Assembly: GCA_028023455.1 (NCBI GenBank)
Contig: JAQFVV010000002.1
Coordinates: forward strand, 27,528,001 to 27,592,000
Source of the DNA: Epiperipatus broadwayi
Taxonomy: Eukaryota; Animalia; Onychophora
DNA length: 64,000 nt
Direction: 5' to 3'
Shown here: positions 27,900-41,761 of the stretch, in pieces
Numbering within the stretch: the stretch's first letter is position 1
How the letters are laid out: every line of letters begins with the position of its first letter
The notes under the pieces: model-generated
The model's database searches: none
What the model saw: only the letters and a program-made list of their open reading frames with translations
Told to the model about the DNA's origin: nothing
Translations under genes and position numbers: made by a program

Positions 27900-28650
27900 A
27901 TGCTAATTAATAGACTGGCATATGGTAGTTTCGCAGAATGAAACTATAGAATTTTGCGTACTTTTATTTATTAATAATTATTATGTTTAGCGTGGTGAAT
28001 GCGTCTTTAAGAAGCACATACACCTTGCTGTATGTTTTATTGAATGGGCTTCTGGTTTTAATGACCCCCATTACTCTTAGTTCGGACAGCTCACTCTTTT
28101 AGAACTGGAACACGAGAGTCCAGATTGTTTTTATAAGCTGCTCCGATCACCTAACTAAATGTTCACTTTATTCACAGCGAGTCGTGTACGGTCAAAGGGA
28201 ACAGAGTATGTGGTACTGAATCCCTGATTTAACTACACATTCGAGACGCACAACTCTCTAGTAATATATATACGCCGTAGTATCTGAAGTCATACTACAA
28301 AGCTCCAGTTCATCCCTCCATAATGTAATATTTCAGCATTGATCTGAACTGGTGATCTGATTTATACATATATAATCTGCATAGGGAGCCCATTGCAGCT
28401 CATTATATGTTATTAAATAATCTTTGATTAAATGTTAGTGATAAATAATCATTCTTGCACCGACTTAACCGTCGCAAGCCTAATAGGTAGGGCATAGTGA
28501 AATTAAGGCATAATTAAAGACCGTAGATTATCGAAATGGTAACCAACTCTTAAATATAATGCATCAGATGAGATTCTGTTACTTGCACACCGTTTACACC
28601 TGCATGTGTTCTCCAATGCACTCTTGATTATTTAATTTATATTTATTAAT
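27900..28650 (-). pseudogene. Decayed Penelope-like reverse transcriptase remnant
   Basis: Minus strand FNQRLFNNI**AAMGS (AAMGS at 28385-28399) fits FN....Q..GxAMGSP. Downstream IQY and VPF-D resemble IxFT..LPFLD. Heavily decayed; boundaries approximate. Confidence 0.45.
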
Positions 28651-29039
28651 TAAAATATATTAAATTATAATAATTGTGTTGAGTTTCATTCGTAATCCAT
28701 CCCAAGTCTTAGGTGAGTTCATTTTAATATAGTATTAGCTATTATTATATGCATTATCTAGCCAGCCATAAATGTGTGTATGCATTTAAAATATTAGTAA
28801 TTTAGTTATATCCCCAAGTCTCTTGCTCCCCCCCTTTGTTACTGCCGGCATGCGAACTAAGAAATTCCGAGTGTAGTCTCATATATGTCATTCATAGAGT
28901 AAGTCATGGAGTGTTGGTGAAGGAGCTGAAGTGCAGTCAGATTCGAGGTTTCAACCCCTCATTTAAATCAGCCTTGGTATAATTTGCGAGGACTCTGGAT
29001 TTTGTTGCATGAATGTACAAATATTATCGGCATACTAAC

Positions 29040-31228
29040 AAGCAGCACCATCATTTATATAAATGACATTGATGATTAATTTTTCCTAAAAATAAAAGGA
29101 AAATAAGAATTAAATTTTCAACCCTTCTCTAATTCTGTTTTAATCCAACAACATTCATTTAATGCAAAACTGGAGAGACAAAAATTAACATGAAAAACAA
29201 TATTTACAGTTGATATTCCTAATCTTCAGAAACATTCTTATGAATTTAAATTAGAGCTTACAAATCGGTTTCAAGTGTTAGGAGATTTTGAACATGATTC
29301 AGATTTGAAATGAAATTAATATGAAAATAACTGATACACTTTTAAAAACTGCAACAAAGATAGCTGGTAGAAAAAAAGCAGCAATTGACTAATAAAATTT
29401 CTATTGAGACTAGAAAATTTATGAAGAAAAGAAGGAATATGAAGATATACAAAAACGATGCATTAAAAAGGACTGAATATCTTGAATTTTGTAAAATGGT
29501 GTGGAAAAGAGTTGAAAAATGATGTAAAAAAGTATAACTGTGAATTAGCAAGGAAAGCTGTAGAAGAGAATAAAAGTCTCAAGAGTGTTAAAACCACATT
29601 TTGGTATTGGTAGGAAATTTATATCTGCAATAAGGAAAAAAAATGGAATTATTACTAAAAAGAGAAATGACATCATGAAATGGGTAGAAGACTTCTATCA
29701 AGAATTATATAGTAATAAAGATCAATACCCTCCTATATCTATTACATCTTCCGAATTGCCTAGAATTTTAAATGAAGAAGTGAGACATGCAATTAAATGT
29801 ATGAAGAAAGGAAAGGTTCCAGGTAATAATGGAATTATAATTGATATATTAAATGAAGCAGATGAAGAAATAGAATTTTTTTTAGCAAAGTTATATACCA
29901 AATGTCTAAATGATAAAAATGTACCAGATGATTGGAAGAATGCAGTATTAATATTAATATTTAAAAAAGGTGATAAAGATATTAGAAATTACAGACCTAT
30001 CAGCTCTTTATCAGTTTTACACAACATTTTTACCAAGATAATTACAACTTGTCTATAGAGAACATTGGATTTTCACCAACCAAGAGAACAAGCTGGATTT
30101 AAAAGTGGTTTTAGTACAGTAGATCATATCCAGGTATTGAGAGAAGTTATAGAAAGGACAAATGAATATGAGTTGCCAATATGCTTTCGATTTGTAGATT
30201 ATGAAAAGGCATTTGATTCTATAACATTTCTTCAGTAATTAAAGCATTGGATCATCAAATTATAGATCCAGGATATTGTCATATTTTAAAGAATATTTAT
30301 AAAAATGCAACAGCAACAATTAGATTACATAATGATACTGGAAAAGTCAACGTTGAGAAGGGTGTAAGACAGTGTGACTCCATATCTCCAAAACTTTTTA
30401 CGCAAGAGATATTTTGTGGATTAAAACGTGAAGCTAAAGGAATGAAAGAAAATAAAGATTATTTAAGTCATTTAGATTTTGAAGATGATATAGTTGTTTT
30501 TGCAAATAATGCTTTAGAGCTGCAGGAAATGTTGCAGGAGTTATCAGATGAAAGTAGGGCTAAAGATAAATGTTAAAAAGACTAAAGTAATGTTAAATGG
30601 ATTTTCTCAAAATATGAAAATAAAGATTGATTATGAAGAATTAGAAGAAGTTAACAGTTACAAATACCTTGGTCAGATTATTAATACAGATGGAAATATA
30701 ATGGATGAAATTAATCATAGAATTAAACTTGGTTGGAGTGCTTTTATTAGAAATAATTTGATACTAAAAAGAAATATGCATATGTGTTTGAAAAGGAAGG
30801 TTTTTAATAAATGTGTTTTACAATTCTTACTTATGAATCTGAGACTTGGACACTTAATAGAAGAGCAATACAGAGACTTCAGGCCTCTCAAAGAAGTATG
30901 GAGAGATGCATGTTGGTAGAAACAAGAAGACATCGAAAGCGCAATATATGGGTAAGAGAACAAACAGGTGTTACTGACCTCATTGAAAAAATTAAAAGAC
31001 TAAAGTGGAGTTGGGCTGGACATATTGCTAGAAGAGATGATAATAGATGGACAATTGAAATCTTAAACTGGATTCCAAGAGATTGTAAAAGACCCAGAAA
31101 GAGACCACATGTGAGATGAATGGATGAAATAAGAAAGTGTGCAGGGGTGATGTGGAGAAGAGAAGCTCAAGATCGGAGAAGATGGATTGAATTTCATCCT
31201 GCAGTGGATTGGTAATGGTTGATGATGT
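29040..31228 (+). mobile_element. 5'-truncated RTE-type LINE with frameshifted RT
   Basis: Motifs FKLELTNRFQVL, NYRPISSLS, AGFKSGFSTVDHI, FVDYEKAFDSI, VRQCDSISPKLF, LDFEDDIV, YKYLGQ, ETWT and WSWAGHIARRDDNRW. Ends in a gatgatg tail. Confidence 0.93.
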
Positions 31229-31757
31229 GTAATTAAACAATGTTTAGTGTTTGTAATTTGTGGATTTAAAGGTTAAGAATTAACTATTATTAGCAAGTAA
31301 ATATTGTTACCAGATGACACTTGCCCAGAATAAGTGCCTTTTGAAATAGTTATTTTTTTTTTTAAAAAAAAAAAGTTTCATTGATGAAAAAATTATTTAC
31401 AAACAACAACAAAATTCACACTAGGATACCAAATAAGTTATATTTTCATATTTAATGGCTATATATCATACAGTAGATATTATACTGACTCTTCAACGGA
31501 TATTATTCACTAATGTATTATCTACTGGCTTCTTTAACATTTCTTAAATCCCGACAAAATTTAAATAATAATTTTTAAAGCTAAAAAAATAAAGAAAGAG
31601 ATGAAAGAAAAGATATGAAGTACTATATAGAAAATTTGATAAAAACAATCAAAATGACAATTATCTTTAGAAAACAAAAAAAAATTTACCAATTAAAACT
31701 TTATAAAAATATAAATAACATTATATTTCCCTTAAACAATAATTCAAATATTATTAC

Positions 31758-31925
31758 TTGATTCAGAGGTAAATGTATTTAAAAGAGGAGATTTGGTCTG
31801 CGGCAGCCATAATTTCACAGTCCCATCTGCGGAACATGATAATAGTTTCATATTGGTACTGTGAATAGAAAGACCCCAAACTGCATCTGTATGTGCTTCT
31901 AAAGTTTCTGTTAAAACACCTGGAT
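31758..31925 (-). CDS. STRN: Striatin exon (168 nt): (D)PGVLTETLEAHTDAVWGLSIHSTNMKLLSCSADGTVKLWLPQTKSPLLNTFTSES
   Basis: WD40 repeat with AHTDAVWGL...LLSCSADGTVxLW. Follows a 90-bp intron; ag/gt boundaries. Confidence 0.97.
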
Positions 31926-32015
31926 CTTTGGAAAGAAAAAAAAAATATGTATACAGATTTACTATATATATAAAAACCAAGCAACATACTTATAACAAGA
32001 GGTTGCATATATTAC

Positions 32016-32137
32016 CAAAGGAGTCATATGGATCAGTATTAGAGCTAGGAATATTCCAACACTTGATTGTAGAATCAATACCTCCACTAAAACACTGTTC
32101 TCCAGTGGCGCTCATTGCTAAGCAAAGAACAGGACCT
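32016..32137 (-). CDS. STRN: Striatin exon (122 nt): GPVLCLAMSATGEQCFSGGIDSTIKCWNIPSSNTDPYDSF
   Basis: Matches GPVLSLAISSNGEQCFSGGIDATIQWWNMPS..DPYD. Acceptor tcttcag, donor gtaata. Confidence 0.97.
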
Positions 32138-32271
32138 CTGAAGATTAAAAAAAAAAATATTATTTAACAAAATAAAAAAAAAAAAACTTTCGTTGCCCTA
32201 AAAGTTTTTCTATTTTTAAAAATTAAATGTATAATAAAATACAGTAGAAATTAATTAAAATGTTAACTTAC

Positions 32272-32319
32272 ACATGTGCTCTAAATGTATAAATTGGTTC
32301 AACATCTAAGGATGCAGTT
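32272..32319 (-). CDS. STRN: Striatin small exon (48 nt): (K)TASLDVEPIYTFRAH(V)
   Basis: Matches STRN3 SASLDVEPIYTFRAH. Acceptor tttttag, donor gtaagt, phase 2-2. Not in the ORF track. Confidence 0.96.
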
Positions 32320-35300
32320 CTAAAAACAAAAAAAAGAGATAAATTATTAAAACATAATTATCAATATAAAATATATATCCTACTTTAATAATATGGGCTG
32401 CAATATAAATAGTTATAATTATTAATATTATTTTGATGTCCTGTAATTACAAAATAAAATACATACCAACCATCATATTTTGATGCTTGAAGCTAATTAT
32501 GATGGATCATTAACAGATCAACAACTTTTAATCACCCCCCCCCGCCAATTCTACAATGAAAACTGCAACTTTTTTTCTTAAAATCTCTACTGATTTAAAC
32601 ATTCACTACAAACACTGATTATTATTAGTTATTTAATAAAAAATAGACTTCATACGCCAATCCAGATCACCTTTGTAAATTCCTATTCTCAATTTTTATT
32701 TTTAAATTCATAATTATTTTTTAAGATTATTAAAAACTTTCCGCCATATTTCATAATCTTTTCCATTTATTTCCTCAATAAATAACCTTCAATATTTATA
32801 TATTACTAATCTTACCATTCTAACCGTTTCAGTTTAGCATCATTAAAGCCTTCAATATTTTTATTTTTTTCTTACAGTATCTATAAGTTTCTGCTCTATA
32901 TTTAACAACATTCCAAACAAAACATTTAACAAGATCTTTTTAAAAACTTAACTTGATGGATTAAAAAAATCTTAAGACTTATTGCATTGTCATTTCTTAC
33001 ATCATTAGTTATTACAATGAATACATAGGACTTTTGATGACTTCTTTTCAGCAGTCAAACTGAATTAAGCATTTTATTGTGTCTAAAATCTTACTTATAT
33101 ATATTCATCAGTCAATATGATAACAAAAATTTAATTTTTATGAAAGAATACAAGCAAAAAAAATTGATTGCAAGCATTCTTATTGGTACCTAGATAAAAT
33201 AAATTTATTGGAGACAATTATTGAATAAAATGAAAACTGCCTAATTTGTGAACAAGTCAATATAACTGATATATATTTCAATGTAAAATTTTAGTTTGGA
33301 AAAAATTCCATAGATGGGCAGAAAATTTTTGGTAAGGTAAGAAGGCTTTAGCTCCATTTTGACAATTGTCTCTTTGAAATTTCTCACATCACTAATTTTT
33401 ATGACATTGGGAAAAAAGTTTGAATAACCAAATTATTTGCGAAATCATTACAACTCAAAATTATTTTTGTACAATAATTGTGCCAAAACTATTACAAATC
33501 AAGAATATAAATTATTAATTTATTACGGAGATATTTTATTTTTAAAAATAGTACATTATATTTTTGGATAATGCAAATTTATCCTGTAGCTATTTACAAA
33601 CTTAGCTTCCTATATAATTAGCGTAATTATATATCAGTAAATATGAAAATATTGCAAAATATATTAAATTTTTTTTAACTTTTAAAGCATAATTTATTAG
33701 ACTTAAGTGAAATAAATATTCATTCACATTTTAAAAACAAATGACATATAACAAAGATTTTATTGATTTTTGAAAATGAAAATAATCTTCCTAGCAATGA
33801 TGTACAAGATCTTTTTTTGGTTTGATTATGGACTCATTTTTTTAATATTTCCAGAAATAAAATGTGAACATTTAAAATTTTATTTGTAAACAAAAATATC
33901 TATCAAATAAAGTCAAATTTATTATTTTCTGATAAATAATAATGTTTTAATCTTCAACTTAATTCTTAAGCAATTGTGTTGGAATCATTATTAATCTTCA
34001 ACTTAATGTTGAACATTTACAGCAACTGAGAAAATAACTACAAATGAATAAGAAAAATCAACCTGGATACAAAATTAATAGAAGAAAAAAATGTACTACT
34101 GTGAATTGTTTATGTACTGGTGATGGTTGATTTTATCATTGGCTTCAAAATATGTTTCATGTAATTCCATGGAATGTTCCATCTCAACACTATACCAATC
34201 ACTTTCAAGTTTTGATGTTTCCAATTGTTTATCATGGATAGTTAACATAGTCCTATGCCACAAACCCCAGCCTTTAATTAAGTCTCAAAGAAAAGAAACA
34301 AAATAATTATAAAGTTTTATGTTTACCAGTCTCTAAGACTTAAAGGAACATAAGTTTGAAAAGATTTTTGCGTTATTTTGTATTTAGGAATGTAAGTAAC
34401 TTCATGTTTAAATTAAAACAGTCCTTCTGGTATTCATGCTGCATTGTGTATTTATTTATAGTTTAGTGATAAGATTCTTTATCCATTCCGGGATTGCAGA
34501 TTATTATTCATAATTTTGCTGTCAGATCTCTTGAAAAAGGTTTTAAATAAATGGTTTGTTATATGAACTTTATTTTTATGCAAGCACATATACTTAAAAA
34601 TGAAATAATAATAGTAATAAATAAATAAGAAAATCAGTCACATATGCACGGACAGGAAGACTTATCAGAATATCTCTATATCATGGTAAAGCACCAGTAA
34701 TAAAATGACCACTAATAATATAAATTTAAAATAATGAAAAATGAAATGAAAATCTCCACTTCATTGTCTCGTCATTTTAAGGGAGGGATATTGTAATATT
34801 AAACTCAAAATTATTTGTCATATTTTTTTTTTTTAAAAAATAGCAATTATTAAACCTAATAACCAAGGGCAATTCATTAAATGGCAAATTCAAATATTTT
34901 GAATAAGAATATAAATATTTATAGTTTGCTAAGGGTAGTTGTAAAAGAGAATGGGAAAGTATTAAAAAATAATAAAATACGTAATTTATTTCTTCTCTCT
35001 GTTCAGTATTTGTTTTATATTTGTCTATAAAATGTATTTGATGAAATCATTAGATAAAAAAAAAATATTAAGCTTTTCAAAGGATCAGATTTAGCTAACT
35101 GTATATTTAAAAAATTGTTTGTAAAATTATTTTGAAAGAACAATTTAAAAGCAAAACATTTTAGCAAGTTTTCTCATCCTCCTGGAATATAACCCATGAT
35201 ATTTTCAGAGACACTATTTTTAAATTATTTTGAATCATTTAATTTCTTTCTAATGCGTCTATCCATCCAATTGCACAAAGCATTAAATCACTTTTTTTTT

Positions 35301-35866
35301 ATAATTATCAAATGAGTCTTCTACTATTGGTTCTTTAAAAAAAAAGTCTTTGATTTTAGTTTTTATTTAAGAGACATTTATAAAAATATACTTATTAACT
35401 GTTACAGATATATCACTGGTTCAAGTATTTTATTTCTTAGATACTTTAATCTGCTTTTAGAAAGAGAATTAAAGAGGTATGATGGAAATACGAGACTTTG
35501 TATCAGTTTATTTTTTTAAAAAAAAATCAAACTAAAAAAACAAAATCAAATAAACTATATAAATGCAAATTTTTTAAAAATAGAAAATTTTGAGTCCTCC
35601 GTCCTCAAGGATTTTATAAATAAATACTGCTAATTTTTCATATTTTATAGAGTATAAAGAATTGGCTATTTCTTAGTATTAAAAAAAGCAACTTTGGAGG
35701 AAAAATAGCAAAATGTTAGTATGATTAACGTTATTAATTAGGCAATAGTTTTAGAAAAATTATTTCAAAGACTATTTATGTAATTCATAATATATTTAAA
35801 TAAAATAAATGTAAGAGTAGGCACATGTACATAATAAATCATAAAAAACAAAAAAGATCAACTCAC

Positions 35867-36042
35867 TTCTTTGCTGGAACTGTTTTTTGTAAATTCCATA
35901 ACTTTAGAGTCTGATCTTCAGATGCAGTTATTAATACAGGTTCTATAGGATGAAAAGCCAAAGCACGCACACCATCAAAATGACTACGTAATGTGTATTT
36001 GGCATTCCATGTTTTCCGATAAACTTCTTTTGTTGCAGAAAC
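35867..36042 (-). CDS. STRN: Striatin exon (176 nt), WD40 repeat 1: VSATKEVYRKTWNAKYTLRSHFDGVRALAFHPIEPVLITASEDQTLKLWNLQKTVPAK
   Basis: Near-identical to STRN3 RKTWNPKYTLRSHFDGVRALAFHPVEPVLVTASEDHTLKLWNLQKTVPAKK. Acceptor cag, donor gtgagt. Confidence 0.98.
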
Positions 36043-36302
36043 CTGCTCAAGGAGGAAAAAAAAAAGCAAGTACATATAATATATATTTTTGCAATTTTTT
36101 GATTCTCCATTACAAACTATTTAAAAATATAGTAACTAATAAAAACTGTAGACTTGCATATTTATACAATTATAAAAATATGATTTCACTTTTATTAATA
36201 TGTAAATGCTTTATTTAGAGCTGTTGTCCAAACAACTATATTTTAGAGATTGATTGGATAATAATTTTATCTAAAAATATAGTTAATGGTTAAAAAAAAA
36301 AT

Positions 36303-37339
36303 GGTAGTAGTATCAACAACCATACTGTTCGCTTGATGGCGCTGGTGTTACTCAAAAACAATTAAATATAGTTTTTGAGGCAGCCAGTAATGCCTTGTAG
36401 TGTGTTATGCTAATTATCTTGCAGCTGACATATTATCAAATGGCCTGTTCTTACCCTACAAATGATCGCTATTGATGCTGCGCTATCGAATAATTTAAAG
36501 GTGTGTAGATTTGAAGTCAACATAACATTTGAAATGTCATTTAATAAAGCATTATATTACATTCAAATAATGTACTATGATGTTCAAAAAATTTTCTAAT
36601 CGTCTCGGTGGTTGTGAAGACTTTGTAATGATTTAAAAATAGGAAAAGTTTTGTTATAAGCACGACTTCTTAAATAGTCACGGCTGTCACGATATCTTCG
36701 CGAGACATTAGTTTGTTAATGCATTTTTTTGTTTTTGTATTTTAATTTTGTTTAAACACTTAATTTACTATTAGAAGAATAACGTGTACATATATTAAAT
36801 TTGATGTAAAAAAGGTCGTAAATAAATTTTTTTTTCTTGTCGTTCAGTCTGATTACTTTGTTTATCAAGTAATGCATCTTTTGGATGATCCTTCAGATCA
36901 TCAAAACCATCGGGATCCCCCCCCCCCCCAATGCATATTGACATTTTAATTTTTTTTTGTTGTTTTGGTGTTTCAAGTATTAGAAAAAAAAACATATATT
37001 TAATAAAATCTTAAAAACGTCGTAAATAAAGATGTTGTTATTGTCATTGTTAAAAAAGAATACATTTAATTTTGTAAAAATGCCGCTGTATTTGTTGATA
37101 TTAAAAAAAAAAAAAACATTTACTTTTTTAACATTAAAAAAATATATATATTTCATTTTGTAAAAATGATGTAGTTATTACAAAAAAAAAGACATTTATT
37201 TTTTTAATGTTATTTAAAAAAAAAACCAGTAAAGGTCAATGAGTTCTTGAAAGGTGACGTCCAAATAACCTTATATTTCATTGTTTTTCGTTAGCAAGAG
37301 TGCCATCAAGCAAACAGTACAGTTGTTGATATTACTACC
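36303..37339. mobile_element. Non-autonomous Merlin-like TIR element
   Basis: About 58-bp TIRs beginning GGTAGT (ggtagtagtatcaacaac / gttgttgatattactacc). 8-bp TSD aaaaaaat on both sides, although it lies in an A-run. Confidence 0.72.
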
Positions 37340-37801
37340 AAAAAAATAATTATAGCAGCATTTTACTCACATTCAATAAACTATGTAAGATTTCATTTTG
37401 AATATTTATAAGCCTGGTGGAGGGGGGGGAGGGAGGGGAGTACATAGAAGTAATGCTTTTATTATTTTTTTTTTCAGGAGTAAAGACTACTCTTTATTGG
37501 TGTGATGTAATAAAAAACATCTCTGAAATAATCACATTTGCAAAAAAGGACACATGAGAAAAGCTATTTTATTTGAAATGAATGTATTTAAGACATAAAA
37601 GTAATAAAAATTCCATGACTTCTAGATACTATTTGCAAAGAATGAAAAAAAATACAGCCATAAACATTGTTATTTTTTAATCAATCAATCGATCATATTT
37701 AGTATAAATATTAAAAAAAAGGTTTTAGTTTTATAATATTAATTTATGATTGTTCATTTTATACGAATTGAAACACTTTTGAATTGATTGTAATAACTTA
37801 C

Positions 37802-37959
37802 ATCATACGTTAAAGGATCTGCTTCATTAGTAACCGTAAGACCAGCTAATTCCCCTAAGCCTAAGGCCTCTAAAGCATCTTCATCTGCACCAGGGTGCCC
37901 CAACATATTGGATCGCCTAGTGTTTGCTGAAAATGGTAGTGTTGTTCCTACTGTAACAC
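37802..37959 (-). CDS. STRN: Striatin exon (158 nt): VTVGTTLPFSANTRRSNMLGHPGADEDALEALGLGELAGLTVTNEADPLTYD
   Basis: Matches the striatin motif LGLGELAxLTVxNEAD. Acceptor tttatag, donor gtaagt. The 5' boundary has alternative in-frame AGs. Confidence 0.92.
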
Positions 37960-39681
37960 CTATAAATTTACATATAAAACAATGATAATTTATAAGATTT
38001 GAATACAGTATAATTATAGTATAATATTACATAATTAAATGAATAAAAAAAAAAGGAAATAAATCAGCCTTCAATTTATGAGGAATTCTTACTTAAGATA
38101 AACTTAGAATATATATATAAGTATACATATTTGTGTATCAAATACAAATATGCATAATACTAAATTGGTATATTCTACCTTGTAGATTTAAAATTAAACT
38201 GATTTTTTTGGAGTTATAAGTAACATCTCGTTTCGTCATTAGACTGTAATTTAATATATATACATATGTATAGTATCATCAGTGATGTCAATTGGGATTA
38301 GAGAGGGAAGCAATTCAATTTTTCAATGTGGATTAAATATAAACGCTATCAAATATTTTAAATGAAATCAACACTGTAGTAGATTGAAGGATGTCTTTAA
38401 AATTTTATATATAATATTTAGATTATTAAAATCAGCTGATTTCCAAATATATATTTTTCTTTTATCAAAGAAAAAAAAGACACGGCTAACAAAATTTGTA
38501 TGTTTATAAATTTTGTAGCATGTTATAGAGAGTAACATGTCTTAATAACTAGTATCAAAATATTGAGTATATATTTAAATTTAAGTTTGTAATTTTTGGT
38601 CTTCATGCCTTTAAATATTGTTTCTTTACCAATAAAATTCAAATGATCTTGTCAATAAAAAGTCAATTATGCAACATTTATTGATAGATTTACTCATTTC
38701 AAAATATAACTGCACTGAAATGTATATATTATAAAATTAGAAACAATATAATCAAAGAGCAAGTCAAAATATTGTTCTTGCCTAACTGATATATAATATT
38801 AATTAAAAAATATTTTTAATAATATCTGAATATAATAGTAACTTTACTGCTTTATAGAATTCAATCATTAAATAGACAAAATACTGCACAGAATACTGTA
38901 AATATCTTTGAATTAATGTCAAACTATGATTAGCATAACTTTACGCTGTCCTATTTTGTTAATTGAATTCAAAAACCTTTCCACTGAAACAAAAATATTA
39001 TAGATTACCACTAATATCTTTGAACTAGTCATGCCAGACTGATAAACAATGGCCTAACTAACTTCTTAATGCTGTGTGGAATTGATTCAAAAAAATGTTT
39101 TTACTAGTGTTTATACAAATGACAATAACACAACAGTGTGATAAAATATTACCAGAAAACAGCATTCTGGAAACATTTACATTTCATTGAACAACCAGTT
39201 AGAATAAACAAATGTTTGTGTCATTTCTTATGAAAAACAGATAAGAAAACTTATAAAATATTATAAAGATGAAAATATTATTTTTTAAAAAAGATGCAAT
39301 TATTAAAGAAAACTGTTTCCTTATTTCTATGAACTCCACATCACACCAAGAATATAAATTAGATTAGAAAAAGTTTTAGTGCATAATTACTAGGCTAAAA
39401 TTTTATAAAAAAACTGCTTCATTAATTGCAAATTAATATAACACAATAGTTATAGTTTCCATTTAGAAACAAAATTGATCTAGCAAAATGCTTTTGTAAT
39501 TTTTTAAATCAGCTTTAATGTACTTTCATTTAAAATCATTTAGCAAAGAATGTTTTTATTTACTATATATCACCATCATTTCATTTTTTACATATTTTTG
39601 TTTATGTAACTCCATAACAAACATGTATAAATAGTTTTATAAAAAAAACCTTAACCAGCATTAATATTTCAATTAATATTT

Positions 39682-40493
39682 GGTAATTGTATACTTGGGG
39701 TAATGCGGCCGCTTGATAGCGTTGTTTTTCTGCAAAAGTACAGAAATCTGCCATTTACACAGCCCAACTTACAGCCTATAGAACAGTTCTGTTCATATTA
39801 ACCGTTAGCAGATGTAGATGGAGTTGCACACTGTGCTTCACGTCACTATAAAAATAGTGCACCCTTCATAGATCATTACCATAGGATGTGAGGGTGTACG
39901 GAATTCAACCAGCCATAATTGTTTTTATGTGCATTCGAATTAAGGATCTTATACCTTACCTGACGTACTTTTACATACTAATAATTGTAAAGTCCGTCAC
40001 CACGTTTCCTTAAAGTGAAAACAATTGCAAAAAGGTAGGTTGTTGAAGCATTTCATATAAGTCACGTTTGTGGGATAACAGCTACGAGAGTAATAAAATG
40101 GGCACCGTTGTCTGTTGTTTTGGAAATCATAATCTTGGTTTGCTCAGACTAGAGCATGTATTGGCCAATCCGTTGGATCGGCAAAACCATCGAAGGGCCT
40201 CCCCTGCACATTCCAGCACTACGCGCTGCAAGCTTGGTTTGCTCAGACTAGTGCATGTTGGATCAGCAAAATCCACCAGACCCCCCCCCCCATGCATGCC
40301 AGCACTACACGCTGAAATGTATAATGTAATTAAAAAATAATGTTTGTTCGTAACTTTTTTAAAAATACTTTGGAAAAAAAAAAAAAATTGGCGGAGAACA
40401 TAAAGCAAAAAACGTTACATTTCATTAGTTTTCATTATTTTTGCAAGCAACAACGCCATCAAGTGGCCACATTACCCCAAGTGTACAACTACC
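39682..40493. mobile_element. Merlin-like TIR element related to 36303-37339
   Basis: TIRs ggtaattgtatacttggggtaatg / cattaccccaagtgtacaactacc. Shares the gcttgat(g/a)gcg and gatc..aaaaccatcg..ccccc motifs with the 36.3-kb element. Weak YSD..HLLTVN transposase echo on the minus strand. No TSD seen. Confidence 0.6.
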
Positions 40494-41761
40494 CTTTTAG
40501 TAAATCAAGTTGAAAAAAACAATAATGAAAATATTACAGCAAATCCATTATTATGAAAGAGATGTTATAAAACGAGAAAAATTAAGCAAGTATGGAGGTG
40601 TTCACATCAGATATGAAAACAGTATTCATTAGATGCTTGAACTTTAGCTTTAAATAAGTTAGGAAGGTGTGAGAAGATAAAAATAATTTTTGATCCTATA
40701 TAAAATTTCGTTTTTCAGAAGTAATTTTAGCAATGGAGAAAATATTATAATGCTAATTAGAGATCATGGAAAAGTTAACACACAATATAATTTAAATAAT
40801 TTCTGAAAAAATAAGGAATCAAAACTACTAGTGCTACATTTTTCTTAAAAATAGACTATCTGAACATTTTTTTTGGAGATGAAAAAACTAGCTACATTCT
40901 TTTGGTTGAACAATCTGAAGTTTAAGTTTGAATCTAGAGAGCTATCATTAGCAAATCTATAGATAGGATTAGATATAGCATTCACAAAATCATTTATATG
41001 AGTATGATATGGAGAACATTTTTTTTACTTTAGAACAACAGCAACAAAAAAACTAGATACCAATTTTATAAAAATTAATGATTAAACAATATAAAAAGCT
41101 TGTTAAAATTTGAATTATGAAAGAATTTAATCCTTAGAAATATCCTAAACAACTATTCATATCTCTCCAAACTTCTTAATTTCATAAATTCCAAAATTAC
41201 CATCTACACAGAATATATATAATAATCATTGATGGAGCAATTGTTTCAAATATCATAATAACAGGCACGCTTTTATATAAAAAAACGGAAATTATTTCCC
41301 CCATAATTTTGAAAAGATGCAAGGGTAATAATAGAATGATACTTAATTTCAAGACAACAAGTTTAAAAAGGGTTGCTTTCTCCTTATTGGCAGACTCAAA
41401 AATTTGAAGCATTGCGGATAAACACTTTACGCACATGCTTAATGCATTTAGACTCATATGTTGCTTATCTGACTAGGATTAATAAATGCTTTATAATATA
41501 TCTATATATGTAGTAACAGTATTTGCATACCAACACACATATAATTGAAATAAATATCAAATCATATGACATAATCTCTAATACTCGCAAGTGAAAATGC
41601 CTAAATCAATATTATTCTTTAGTTACTGGATCTTATTATCAAAAAATAATAATAATAAATTCAGCCATCAACAACTTGCAACAACAAAATTAATTAGATT
41701 CTAAATATTCACAATTATAACTTTGAGAAAGATCAAATCAAAGGTAAAAGTTCACTATAAC

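Noticed and set aside
28910-28960. tRNA-like A/B-box spacing
   Set aside because: Too degenerate to call a tRNA or SINE without a search.
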